Positions 27,017-37,134 of a stretch of 64,000 nucleotides of DNA are shown one piece after another; the stretch's first letter is position 1; each line of letters opens with the position of its first letter. The stretch comes from a virus: IMG/VR virus record IMGVR_UViG_3300015374_000001, positions 30,197-94,196 of that record, one strand, 5' to 3'. The notes under the pieces are model-generated. The model saw only the letters and a program-made list of their open reading frames with translations, did not search any database and was not told where the DNA came from. The position numbers were made by a program, and so were the translations under genes.

Positions 27017-28832
27017 AGAGCTACATACTTGGTTAAAGAAAAACCTGCGGCTGGATATCCCACGGCACTCTGTCTGTGAGGATCACCAGTCGCCTTTTGA
27101 TTTCTTTGCAGACCTGTATTTCGAGCGCCTGCATGTAGAAATTGATGGGGAAACCTATCCTGTTAACGGTGCGCTCGCGCTGGCGAATCGCGGCGGTTTC
27201 AAGACAACTTCTGTAGCGGCTCTCCATTTTACTAATTGTACCTTCAAGCCAGGTTGCGGCTGCCTGAGCTTCGGCGCTACCCAACCACAGGGTATGCGTA
27301 CTTACACAAATGTAGAAGAGTGGGGCTACGAGCATGACCCGGACACCGGACGGCGAACCGATAAAGTTCAGGATTTCCTTAGGGACGCTCCGAAGAAGTC
27401 ACATACAGAATGGAAGACTGGTTCGGAAATTGAGGTTGTGTCTGGTACTGAAGAATCAGTCTCCGGTCCTCACCCGCAGAAAGCCCACGCGGATGAAATT
27501 GATCAAATGACTCATGGCCAGTGGAACCAGTCGCGCGGCATGGCGGTATCTCGTGCAGCGACAGGTCCACTACCCGCCTTTATGGAGCATATGCATGGCG
27601 TCATTCCTCCGCAGAACATCGCCACCTCCACGCGCAACAGCCTCAAGGGCTTGATGCAGGAGCTATTAGATGAAATAGATGAAGATATTGCGTCTGGCAA
27701 TATCCCTCGATACATCGTCTACATCTGGTGCATTTGGGAAACCATCGCTGAAGTGCCTAATTGTCGGCAGGCACCAGCTAAGGAACGTGAAGCTCGCCTT
27801 AAAGAACTTGGCCGTGACCCCAAAGAGCTTTGCATGTGCAATAAAGTTAATAAGGGGCGCATCAAGGTTAAGGGTGAAGATGGTGATGAGACTTTTGTAA
27901 CGCGCACTCTTGAAGGTGTTTGTGAAGGCAAAGCATTTAGGGCTCGCGGCGTTAAGCCCTATCAGGATTTAGTCACAGCATTTAAGGAAAACCCACCTGG
28001 CAACTGGGTTCTACAGCATGAATGTAGAGAAGGCCGAGATGAAAATGTTTACATTGATGAGTGGGACCTAAGTACGTATGGAATCAGAAATTACGAGCCT
28101 CGTCCAGAGTACGGACCGATCTACATGGGGATCGACTGGGGCGGTACCAACCCTTATGCTGTTTTGTGGATTCAATATCTCAGAGTTGATGTGCCAGCGT
28201 GGGACTTTAATTATGACCCCATTTGGATCAGTAAAGATACCTATGTTGGATTTAGAGAAATTTATGCTGCCTCCACAATGGACACAGGCTTACTCGCTTC
28301 ACAGGTAGTCCGTATCGAGAACGCCTATCGTGAAGAATTTCCTGGCTTTAATGTAAAGAACCGCTTCGCTGATATGCAGGGTCGAGGCGACAGGCTTTTA
28401 TTCCAGCGCAAGGGGCTCAAGACAACCTGGCCGATCAAGACTCGCCAAAAGGATCGATTCATCAGTGCAGTACAAAATCTTGTTATTGATGATCGATGGG
28501 TTGTCGATGCCAGTTGCGAGATGTTTTGTGAAGAGATAGAAGTTTGGCAGCAGAACCCCAACACAAAACTTGAAGTCGATCAGATGAACCACCTCATGTC
28601 AGCCTGGCGGTATGCCATCGCCAATGCTGAATTACTAGAAAATCCAGAGCGCGATAAGGAAGTCAAGGAACGCAAGGCTCGTGAGGCTGAGATGCGCCGT
28701 GTGAGTGGTGTAAAGCGCCTCACACCGGCCGAGATGGACGAGAAGAACATGCCGGTCACAGAGCGTGTAGGAGCGGTTACAATAGACCGCCATATGACTG
28801 ATTGGGAGCGCCAAAATGGGAGCCTTAGGTAA
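26874..28832 (+). CDS. terL: Terminase large subunit (start uncertain, 26745-26913)
   Basis: 'ANRGGFKT' Walker A, 'HADEID' Walker B, 'ATST' motif C, nuclease 'GIDWG..NP', C-terminal 'NH...A.RY'. Confidence 0.85.
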   Translation: MEIPPMLAAMGYTMERLQQMPVEDLRELVKRARSLSKKLKDDGPQNDEELHTWLKKNLRLDIPRHSVCEDHQSPFDFFADLYFERLHVEIDGETYPVNGALALANRGGFKTTSVAALHFTNCTFKPGCGCLSFGATQPQGMRTYTNVEEWGYEHDPDTGRRTDKVQDFLRDAPKKSHTEWKTGSEIEVVSGTEESVSGPHPQKAHADEIDQMTHGQWNQSRGMAVSRAATGPLPAFMEHMHGVIPPQNIATSTRNSLKGLMQELLDEIDEDIASGNIPRYIVYIWCIWETIAEVPNCRQAPAKEREARLKELGRDPKELCMCNKVNKGRIKVKGEDGDETFVTRTLEGVCEGKAFRARGVKPYQDLVTAFKENPPGNWVLQHECREGRDENVYIDEWDLSTYGIRNYEPRPEYGPIYMGIDWGGTNPYAVLWIQYLRVDVPAWDFNYDPIWISKDTYVGFREIYAASTMDTGLLASQVVRIENAYREEFPGFNVKNRFADMQGRGDRLLFQRKGLKTTWPIKTRQKDRFISAVQNLVIDDRWVVDASCEMFCEEIEVWQQNPNTKLEVDQMNHLMSAWRYAIANAELLENPERDKEVKERKAREAEMRRVSGVKRLTPAEMDEKNMPVTERVGAVTIDRHMTDWERQNGSLR

Positions 28833-31510
28833 TGCCTGACGAACAGATTAAGTCTTCCCTAGAGAGCGGGGAAATTGGGCCTGAAGAGAAGGCCACAATT
28901 GAGAAGTCTATTAAGCAAAAAGAGCAAGCGCCTCGGATGGAGGAACAGTCCGAGAGCATTGTCGATTGGCGCAGGGTAAGGGATCAACTTGGTGACCCGT
29001 TCAACCGAGAACGCATCCCTTTTACTAAATTAAGGCAGATGCGGATCGATACCATGATTGCCTTTGCGCTTCACTACATCATGGTCCCGCTCATTCGAGC
29101 GCCGTATCACTTCGAAGCTTTCAATAATCAAGGCCCTAATGCTCAGGTCGCCGCGTTCATGCACGAGGCGTACAAAATGATTCACGGGCCTTATATGGAT
29201 CAGCGTCAGGGCGCACTTGAGTTCGGCTTTCAGGCAATGTCGAAGCGCTTCCAGCATAAAAACCCTGGCGGTCTTTTCGTAGATACTGCTGAAGAAAATG
29301 ATGAAAATAAAATCAAGCCCACGTGGAGTGAAGGAACGATTGAGCCGATTATCTGGAAGCCGTTCATCGGATTAATTCCAGAGAAGGTTGATCCGGTATG
29401 GGATAAGGACGGCAACTTTGATGGGATGCTTTATGAATTACCCCAAAGGTCTGCTCAAGCTGGACAGGGTTTCCAGGGCGCTAGCTCTCGCGGCGGGGGC
29501 AAGACTAAGCAGACTCTTGAAATTGATGTTTATCACTCGCTCTGGATTACCAACGAGAAACATAAATTCTGGGGTTCCATCTACGGGTTTCCTCGAATTT
29601 CCTACTCATATCCCTACTGGTGGAGCTACTGGTTCCGTTGGGCGATGGCAGATCGTGCCTTCGAGCGAATGGCCATCCCGCCCATGGTTGCGTATCATCC
29701 CGTCGGCTCATACAGCGATCCCGAAGAGCCTGGATCTGAATCAATTCCAAACTGGACCATCGCACTGGAAGCTGCACGTGCCTTGCGTTCTAATTCAATC
29801 GCCGCAGTACCATCCACACTGGCCTCCACTGGTTTAGACGAGCGTGGTACTCAGCTTCGTGAGTGGGAATTTTCTTTTATTGAGCCATCTGGTCGTAACT
29901 TCGAACTATTAGATAAATCGTTCGGGTATCTCGACAAGATGAAGTTGATCAGCATGTTCATCCCTGAGCAAGCACTGATGGAGGGTGAAGGTGGAACTTC
30001 ATCTAGAAATGTCGCTGAGCAATTCGCCGACATATTCATTCAATCTGAAGGAACACTTCAGCAACAGGTTGATCAAGAACAGAATCAATACGTATTTCCA
30101 CAGATCGCCGCAGTCAACTTCCCTGAATTTATGGCTGATGGAGGCATCGTTAGGAAGGTGTCTCATGGTATGTCTGCCGCCGATCAGGAATTCGTCAAGC
30201 AGTTAATTCAATTAATAGGCCAGAATGATCCTGAGAAGCTTGGCGTAGATATCAAGGCAATTCTGGAAGAACTACGCACGCCGGTCTTAGATCCTGTCGC
30301 ACAACAGCAGGAACGTTTACGGGCAATTGCTGATGCTGCCGCAGCACAACCTCCGACCGGCCCGACCGCTGTTCCTGGTCTGTCGATTGCTCAAGCGGGA
30401 ACCAATAACGTGCCGCTTCCCTCTACCGGTGCATCAAATGGCGGCAGCGTGCCTAACGCTACGAATGGCGCAGGCAACCTTGGCTTCAGTGAGCCGCCTA
30501 ATTTATATATTCAGCACGAGCCGCCAATATTCTTGGATGACAACAGTGACTTTATCTCAGGTCTTCCGCCGACCAAGCATTACGCCGATGAAGCAATTAA
30601 GGCGCTGGCTATACAAATGCGCCTTGCTTGGAAGAATCATCTGGCTAGTCTTTACACATCGTTCGCAACTTATATGGCTACTCAGCCAGATTTGGAGTTT
30701 GCTGATAAAACAAAGATCGGTATCTCGCTTACGCGCGCAAAAGATATCGCAACAGAACTTCTCAAGCATTGGGAATTCGCAACAAGTAAACTTGAATCTA
30801 TCACCACAGCCAGTCGAAACGCTCTGGATCGAATTGTTAAACGCCAGGTACGACAGGAAGCGCTAAGACTGAATACCGAAGTCGAGCTTCCTGAGGATGC
30901 ATTTAATAATTGGATTGAGTCTCAGACTGGAAGGCTCATTAAGTCAGTTCATGGCACTGTTCGTGATCAGCTTCACGATTACCTCGTTGGTGCTATTCGT
31001 GATGGTAAAACGATGGGCGAGATGAGCCAGGGGATACGCGAGCATTTTGATGAATTTCCTGACTGGAAGACAACGCAGATAGCTCGTTCGGAAACTCGGG
31101 ATGCAGTAAATGCTGCCACGCTGCTGACGGCGCAAGCTGTTGGGGCTCGTTATGTAGCCGCGCGTGATGCTCAGCTTCCTGGGCCGACCGATAAGGAATG
31201 CGAGGATCGGGACGGCAAGCTCTACACCGTGCGCGAGGCATGGGCACAGATCGGCCCGAAGCATACGCATCCGAATGACACGCTCGAATTAGAAATTGTG
31301 CCGCGTGCCAATCTGGTCTTCGAAGATGTTGAGATAATGCCAGAGGATGCACCCGAGGGAGCACTGGCTTTCTTCGATTCAGATAATAGTCGGATCGTAT
31401 TCCTCAGCGATGGGGTTGACGATGATCAGCGAGCACAGTACGCCATTGAAGTGGTCCGCCAATTAATTGCTACGGAATCCATGGAGCGCGTCAATGGCCA
31501 TGCCGGTTGA
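28832..31510 (+). CDS. Portal protein fused to a MuF-like head morphogenesis domain
   Basis: Follows TerL; Mu gp29/DUF935-like 'G...I...Y..WW', 'ER.A.P'; C-terminal 'IARSE', 'C..RDGK', 'HPN'. Confidence 0.75.
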   Translation: MPDEQIKSSLESGEIGPEEKATIEKSIKQKEQAPRMEEQSESIVDWRRVRDQLGDPFNRERIPFTKLRQMRIDTMIAFALHYIMVPLIRAPYHFEAFNNQGPNAQVAAFMHEAYKMIHGPYMDQRQGALEFGFQAMSKRFQHKNPGGLFVDTAEENDENKIKPTWSEGTIEPIIWKPFIGLIPEKVDPVWDKDGNFDGMLYELPQRSAQAGQGFQGASSRGGGKTKQTLEIDVYHSLWITNEKHKFWGSIYGFPRISYSYPYWWSYWFRWAMADRAFERMAIPPMVAYHPVGSYSDPEEPGSESIPNWTIALEAARALRSNSIAAVPSTLASTGLDERGTQLREWEFSFIEPSGRNFELLDKSFGYLDKMKLISMFIPEQALMEGEGGTSSRNVAEQFADIFIQSEGTLQQQVDQEQNQYVFPQIAAVNFPEFMADGGIVRKVSHGMSAADQEFVKQLIQLIGQNDPEKLGVDIKAILEELRTPVLDPVAQQQERLRAIADAAAAQPPTGPTAVPGLSIAQAGTNNVPLPSTGASNGGSVPNATNGAGNLGFSEPPNLYIQHEPPIFLDDNSDFISGLPPTKHYADEAIKALAIQMRLAWKNHLASLYTSFATYMATQPDLEFADKTKIGISLTRAKDIATELLKHWEFATSKLESITTASRNALDRIVKRQVRQEALRLNTEVELPEDAFNNWIESQTGRLIKSVHGTVRDQLHDYLVGAIRDGKTMGEMSQGIREHFDEFPDWKTTQIARSETRDAVNAATLLTAQAVGARYVAARDAQLPGPTDKECEDRDGKLYTVREAWAQIGPKHTHPNDTLELEIVPRANLVFEDVEIMPEDAPEGALAFFDSDNSRIVFLSDGVDDDQRAQYAIEVVRQLIATESMERVNGHAG

Positions 31511-32606
31511 TAAAAACGGCTTTCCGATTCTGCTGGCCCAAGCTCCGGGCCAGGTAGCCGATCAAGGTGTGCCGTCTGGTGCATCAGTACAGCGCGACAC
31601 TCAGCACGGTAACCCTTGGTTCGATCCTAAGACAGGGCGCTTCAGCAACGGGCCTGCCAATATGAAAATAGTTGCGGGTGGTCAGTTATTTGAGAAGCTG
31701 ATCAATGTTTCTCGTCAACTAATTCAGCGCAATATCGAGATGACCAAGGCTGATCAGATCGCGCTCTATCAAGTCGGCAACAGCATCAAGGTTGTATTGC
31801 TTGTGAACGGCTCGCCACGAGCTTCCTTCCAAGTACCGTCAGAAGATACGCCGGAAGATGAATTTAATGTCGCGGAACTAGAAGGGCAGGCTGGCCTCGG
31901 TGATCCTACTGGACCTAAGAATAGATCTGACTTACCCGATGGAATTGATGAACTCCAATGGGAACGCCGCCTTGACGCAGTTAGAGACTTGGCCCGAACC
32001 TCCGACACCCTGGAACCAGAAGATGTTAAACAATGGCTTGAAGATCGAGCCAAGGAAATCAGTAGTATCGATATTGATCAATTTATTCGAGATGTAAGAG
32101 CCCATCGGCTTGACGATCTAGCTGATGCGATAAACACGAACCAGATGACTGCGCAAGAGAAGCGTGGACAAGTCCGTGTAGCTGCTCCGCAGAAATGGAT
32201 CAATGACAACATGCAGGGGCTAGAGGATCATGAAATCCTCAAGCTTGCCAATCGTCTTCAGGCTCGTGGATGGTCTGACGAGGATCTTAAATCAAAGGTA
32301 TTGGCGAAGATCAAGGATGAGTCGCGGCGGACTGATCTTGAACAAAAGCTTGGCGAAGAGCCGCAGATACCAGAGCCAGCGCCAGTGCAGCTTGAGGATC
32401 TTCAGATAGCTGAGACTACTGAAGAAAGCCAATGGCAAAAAGACGTACAACAATTCTTTATGGATGCAATGAAGAGTATGCCACCGCCTCAGGTGAATGT
32501 AGAAGTGCCCGTGACTGTTGAGCGTGGCACGACCAATCGTAAAGTCATCCGTGATGAGCGCGGATATATTTCAGAAATAGTGGAGTCAAATGACAGTAGC
32601 GATTGA
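31488..32606 (+). CDS. Putative virion protein
   Basis: 'NPW.D.KTGRF' motif seen in head-associated proteins; C-terminal 'V.RDERGYI'; start uncertain. Confidence 0.45.
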   Translation, partial: ASMAMPVDKNGFPILLAQAPGQVADQGVPSGASVQRDTQHGNPWFDPKTGRFSNGPANMKIVAGGQLFEKLINVSRQLIQRNIEMTKADQIALYQVGNSIKVVLLVNGSPRASFQVPSEDTPEDEFNVAELEGQAGLGDPTGPKNRSDLPDGIDELQWERRLDAVRDLARTSDTLEPEDVKQWLEDRAKEISSIDIDQFIRDVRAHRLDDLADAINTNQMTAQEKRGQVRVAAPQKWINDNMQGLEDHEILKLANRLQARGWSDEDLKSKVLAKIKDESRRTDLEQKLGEEPQIPEPAPVQLEDLQIAETTEESQWQKDVQQFFMDAMKSMPPPQVNVEVPVTVERGTTNRKVIRDERGYISEIVESNDSSD

Positions 32607-32952
32607 ATTCGAGCCAGTCGATAGCGATACGCTCAATCTGTCTGAAGAGCTAGAGACAGGCGAAGCCGGTACAGGTCAACTCAAGCAGCTTGAGATAACT
32701 AATACTGGCGATGAACAAATAGCTGAGATAACCGTGGGCCTTGGTGGCCCTGGTGCTGGCTTTGTGCAGCTTGCAGTTGATAAAAAGAATCAGCCAGGTG
32801 TATTTGCAGCACGCGGCGAAGAGATAGTAATGAAAAACTTGAATCTCCGCAAAGGATCTAAGGTCCGTTTTTGGAGTCGAGCGGCATTCTCTGAAGATGA
32901 CGCGCATTTGAATCTGCCATTTGATTACGGCTTTGAGGTGAAGACTCCCTAA
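32590..32952 (+). CDS. Ig-like virion protein
   Basis: Beta-rich 'L.ITNTG'. Confidence 0.45.
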   Translation: MTVAIEFEPVDSDTLNLSEELETGEAGTGQLKQLEITNTGDEQIAEITVGLGGPGAGFVQLAVDKKNQPGVFAARGEEIVMKNLNLRKGSKVRFWSRAAFSEDDAHLNLPFDYGFEVKTP

Positions 32953-34127
32953 TGGCCGACGCACTTGCTAATTTCGCTGATTCATTAGTAGCTACTGCGC
33001 CGTCCCCGGCTAGTTCGGGAACTTCGCTTGTAATGTCTACGGGCGATGGGGCTAATTTCCCCACGCCTCCATTTAATGCAGTTGTATGTCCAGCGAATGT
33101 AGCTCGCCCCAGCTTAGCTAATTCAGAAATCATTCGCTGTACGGCGAAAAGCAGCGATACGCTGAGCACAATCGTAAGAGCACAAGAGGGAACATCGGCT
33201 AGATCAATTGCTGTAGGGGATCGTATCTATATCCCATTCAGCAAAAAGTATTATGACGATATAAATACTTCAATAGCAGCAAAGCAAGATGCTGATTCTG
33301 ATCTAACAGACTTTGCTGCTTTGAGCGGCAATAACAAAATGATCTACCGCGATGGGTCAGGTATTTATCAGGTATCCGACCTAACCGCAGCCGGTAGAGC
33401 AATTTTAGATGACGCTGATGCTACGGCTCAACGCGCGACGTTGGACGTATATTCGACATCGCAGATTACTTTTATTACTTCGACTTATGTGGATCGTACA
33501 ATTGCTACTGGAAAGGGTGACATTTTTGCGGCTAGCGCGAATGATAGCCCCGCCATTTTGGCAGCAGGTGCTAATGAATTAGTACCTATTTACGATTCCA
33601 CTCAGACGCCTGGATTAAAAACTGGAATACCATTAGCAGCAGTCCGTCATAAAACTCTTGTCGCTAACACTGTAGGTCTGATTCCAGCGAGCACGGCAGC
33701 AGGTAACTACGGATTCAATATGAGCGGTGCCGCTGGTACCACTGTTGGTTCAAACGCCAACGGAGTTTTTATCGTAGATGCAGCAAATGACTGGACTCTT
33801 TCTGGTAGAACGCCCAAATTTGTAACTAGATTGCTGGTAGGAACAAACGGCACAGCGCCAGCTATTACATTTACTGCTGGATTATCTTCTTTGAACTCGG
33901 CTTCTGGTGGCGCTAACGCATTCACTTATGGATGGGCGTCACAAACAGCAGGAACTACAGCCGCCGTTGCATCTCCATCGGCTAATAGTTGGACTCAAAA
34001 TACTTCTTCGCCTTTCTCTCTTCCTTCTGACGGTCCATATATTTTAACTGTTCTTACTTCAGGAGCAATGGCAGCGACCAACCCTAAAGCTGTTGTTCAT
34101 GCCTATGTCTATGCGGTTTACACCTGA
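32952..34127 (+). CDS. Fibre-like virion protein
   Basis: 'EII..TA...DT..IVRAQEGT.A' N-domain; 'LT.AGRAILDDADA..QRATL' fibre repeat; 'KGD' motif. Confidence 0.7.
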   Translation: MADALANFADSLVATAPSPASSGTSLVMSTGDGANFPTPPFNAVVCPANVARPSLANSEIIRCTAKSSDTLSTIVRAQEGTSARSIAVGDRIYIPFSKKYYDDINTSIAAKQDADSDLTDFAALSGNNKMIYRDGSGIYQVSDLTAAGRAILDDADATAQRATLDVYSTSQITFITSTYVDRTIATGKGDIFAASANDSPAILAAGANELVPIYDSTQTPGLKTGIPLAAVRHKTLVANTVGLIPASTAAGNYGFNMSGAAGTTVGSNANGVFIVDAANDWTLSGRTPKFVTRLLVGTNGTAPAITFTAGLSSLNSASGGANAFTYGWASQTAGTTAAVASPSANSWTQNTSSPFSLPSDGPYILTVLTSGAMAATNPKAVVHAYVYAVYT

Positions 34128-34495
34128 TGGTTTCTGGCGTTTACATAGGACAAGCTGCTGTAGCTCAACAGATCAGCTTTGATATAACCCCACCAGGGGT
34201 TACTGTAGATGTTAGTTCAACGCCAGGTAAAATCAGTGCGCAGACCGGCAAAGACTCAGCCGACTTTTATTTAACTTCAGATGAAGACTTCCAGGCGTAT
34301 CAAATACGCAAAGTCCCGGCTGATGACAGCACGGTGACAGAAGGAACATTGATTGAATCAGGCGGCGGTGGAACCGCTAGTAGCCCGATCCCTCTCAACG
34401 TTACGGCCGCAGAGCTTGCAGCCGCTAGCCTGGGCGAAGGGCAGCATAGAATAAAAGTATTCGTCCAAGACATAGCTGGCAATTGGAGTGTATAA
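34127..34495 (+). CDS. Ig-like virion protein
   Basis: Paralogous to the C-domain of 34496 (KVFVQD.AGNWS). Confidence 0.6.
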   Translation: MVSGVYIGQAAVAQQISFDITPPGVTVDVSSTPGKISAQTGKDSADFYLTSDEDFQAYQIRKVPADDSTVTEGTLIESGGGGTASSPIPLNVTAAELAAASLGEGQHRIKVFVQDIAGNWSV

Positions 34496-35188
34496 ATGGC
34501 AAGCTCATTTCTCTTAGAGCTAGATACCACTGCCCCTGGTAGTCCCGCTGTATCAATTAACAGCGGTGCTACCTTCACAATTGATGACGACGTAACTTTA
34601 GGAATATCGACTAGCGACGGTGATACCACCGGCTATTCGATGAAGATCTACGGTGACGTTGATGATTCATTTGCTACTTCTGAGTATCGAGCGTCCGAAG
34701 CGAATGCGCCTTGGATTACATTTAACGGCACCAAGTCTGTCCGGCTTTCGGCTACAGACGGTTCGAAAACAGTTCGCGTCAAGATCCGTGATGATGTTAA
34801 TAACGTATCTTCTGAAGCGACAGATTCGATCACGCTCGATACGACTGCGCCTCAAGTTACGGTCACTTCCGGCCCGACGCCCAACACTATTTCTAAGCAG
34901 ACTGGTAAACGTACATCGACATTTGATTGGCAGGCTGATGCAGCGTTCGAAGCTTACAAAATCAAAGTCGTCACGAATGCCTCGGATGCTCATACTGCCG
35001 GAACCCAAATACCCACTACTGCTGGATCTACAAATATGTCGGGCTCGGCTGGCGGCTATCCGGCAACAACACCGATCACATCTACAATAGATGGTGCGGA
35101 CCTAGAAACTGCATCAGCCGGTGACGGCAATAAACGAGTTAAAGTATTCGTGCAGGATGCAGCAGGCAACTGGTCAATTAATTCCTAG
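34496..35188 (+). CDS. Two-domain Ig-like virion protein
   Basis: 'LDTTAP' x2, 'SINSGA.FT', 'DGSKTV.V'. Confidence 0.7.
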   Translation: MASSFLLELDTTAPGSPAVSINSGATFTIDDDVTLGISTSDGDTTGYSMKIYGDVDDSFATSEYRASEANAPWITFNGTKSVRLSATDGSKTVRVKIRDDVNNVSSEATDSITLDTTAPQVTVTSGPTPNTISKQTGKRTSTFDWQADAAFEAYKIKVVTNASDAHTAGTQIPTTAGSTNMSGSAGGYPATTPITSTIDGADLETASAGDGNKRVKVFVQDAAGNWSINS

Positions 35189-35823
35189 TGTCTAGCTCAT
35201 TTATCATCCGGTATGGGGAGTTTCCGAACTCCTTTACGATCAACCTTGATACTCATGCGCCTACGCTTGAGTGGTTGTCTACGCCGGATGCAGCACCAGG
35301 GCTCTATACGGCTCAAGTTAAGTTAATTGATCCACACGAGCCTCAGATAGTTGAAGCATTCTTAGTCCTGTCGGATGACGATGAGGTTGAACTTCTCGCC
35401 AGTCCGTTGGGCGATGATACGTACTCGCTTGGTGCGTCGGTGCCGAACGTCACCATCAATGATGCATTTATTGAAATAACAGTCATTGATTCGGTTGGCA
35501 ATGAGGCGACGTACACACGCGATCTTGGTGAACCGCCTCCGGTCGTGCATCTCCCTCCCTATGCGGCCCGGATACCGGCACCAAGGAAGCGTCGGCGCAC
35601 TAAGCGATTTACTTTCAAGGCGCGGGTCAAGCTCACTCGCACACTCCATGTCAGATATCCGGCATGGGTCGAGCTTAAGCGAGTGCAGCACGTGGAAATT
35701 CCTTCGCGTATTAGATTGCGCAGGGATGGTCAGTTCGTATTCTCAGCGGAACGTGAGCCTGCTAGTTGGCTCGTTCAATTAATGCAAGAAGACGAAGAAC
35801 TTCTGCTTCTGTTGGAGGATTGA
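35188..35823 (+). CDS. Ig-like protein with basic C-terminus
   Basis: 'MSSSF', 'LDT.AP', 'D.VGN' similar to 34496; ends 'EDEELLLLL'. Confidence 0.55.
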   Translation: MSSSFIIRYGEFPNSFTINLDTHAPTLEWLSTPDAAPGLYTAQVKLIDPHEPQIVEAFLVLSDDDEVELLASPLGDDTYSLGASVPNVTINDAFIEITVIDSVGNEATYTRDLGEPPPVVHLPPYAARIPAPRKRRRTKRFTFKARVKLTRTLHVRYPAWVELKRVQHVEIPSRIRLRRDGQFVFSAEREPASWLVQLMQEDEELLLLLED

Positions 35824-36590
35824 TGAGCCAAGAAGATATTCACAATCTTGAGGCGCAGCTAGGTAATTACATCGATGCTCGCCGGATCGTCGCACTACGC
35901 GATGATATGGAAGCTCTCTGGCCGGAAATGCCAGTTATTGCTGAGCTTACGGCCTACTCCAATGGCCGATTGCCTGGGGGAGCGCTTACAGCAATTCCTT
36001 ACGGTCGGCTCGAACATGGAGCCGCAGCCGCATGGAATGACATGCGGGAATTTATTGGCCGTAGGCATGGCGTTTGGATCAGACCACTTGGACCGAACTC
36101 TTCTTATCGCACCTACTCGGCGCAGCAGTATTTTTGGAATTTATATAAGTCAGGTCGCGGAAACCTGGCGGCGTATCCGGGCTCAAGTAATCACGGGTGG
36201 GGTAAAGCTGTCGATGTTCAAACGCCCACGATGGTTTACTACATTCGTAAATACGGCGCTCGCTTCGGTTGGCGCAAGGTTGAGGCATTTAACGAGTGGT
36301 GGCATTACAACTACGTGGGCGGGTACAAGCCGAAGCCACGTATTAAATTGCCTAAGGTTCTCAGCGACAACGAAACCAAGTGGGCCAAGCTTCTCATTTT
36401 CCATCGGCATGAAAGGGAGGAAGAAGGACGCTCAGGTAAAGGGCCTAAATGGCGTGCCCATAATCATTGGGCCAAGCATTATGATGAAGTCCTGCGCCGT
36501 CAAGCCGCGAAGCTAAGCGGGAAGCGTGAACATCGCCGGAAGCGCAGGCATGTTCTGATTGATGTAATTGCAGGTAAATACAATATCTAG
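35823..36590 (+). CDS. Endolysin, peptidase M15 (VanY-like)
   Basis: 'SYR.Y..Q', 'PG.SNHG.G.A.D', 'E.WH'; GGAGG RBS at ATG 35823. Confidence 0.88.
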   Translation: MSQEDIHNLEAQLGNYIDARRIVALRDDMEALWPEMPVIAELTAYSNGRLPGGALTAIPYGRLEHGAAAAWNDMREFIGRRHGVWIRPLGPNSSYRTYSAQQYFWNLYKSGRGNLAAYPGSSNHGWGKAVDVQTPTMVYYIRKYGARFGWRKVEAFNEWWHYNYVGGYKPKPRIKLPKVLSDNETKWAKLLIFHRHEREEEGRSGKGPKWRAHNHWAKHYDEVLRRQAAKLSGKREHRRKRRHVLIDVIAGKYNI

Positions 36591-36593
36591 GAG

Positions 36594-37124
36594 GTGAGTA
36601 TGTCGCCGATCAAAAGCTTTCTCAATCAAGGGCCAGCCGCAACTGTTTTAATTGTGCTGCTTGTTCTTGCAGCCGGTGTGGTTTCGCTGGTTGACCCGGA
36701 TGAGATTGACTTCAAGCAGTGGTGGACTATTTCTACCGCTGTCGGCGCTGCCCTCGCGGTCGGTCGTGGTTTTGCCGCGAAGGGTGATGTTTCTACTAGC
36801 ACCAATGGGTTTGAGGATCTTTTCAATAAAGTTCCTTGGGCTACGGTCATCGTTTATACCCAAGCGATCTTCGGATTTGTTGTGGTCGTTACGACTGACT
36901 CGCTTACGTATGACGAGTATTTCATGCTGATCCTTCCTGCGGGTGCAGTCACGGCGCTTGGCCGTGGCATCGGTACCTACAAGATTGATCGTGATCCTGT
37001 CCTGCGTGGCAACAATGACCCGAATTTCCAAAATGCTATTGCTGCCGAACAGGGTGCAATCGCTGCTGGGCTCGGGGATGAGCCACCAGAAGGCGCTGTT
37101 GAAGGTAAGCCCGGTCTACAGTAA
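36594..37124 (+). CDS. Holin-like 4-TM membrane protein with internal duplication
   Basis: After endolysin; two repeats 'P.ATV...A.GRG'. Confidence 0.65.
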   Translation: MSMSPIKSFLNQGPAATVLIVLLVLAAGVVSLVDPDEIDFKQWWTISTAVGAALAVGRGFAAKGDVSTSTNGFEDLFNKVPWATVIVYTQAIFGFVVVVTTDSLTYDEYFMLILPAGAVTALGRGIGTYKIDRDPVLRGNNDPNFQNAIAAEQGAIAAGLGDEPPEGAVEGKPGLQ

Positions 37125-37134
37125 GGGATAAATT

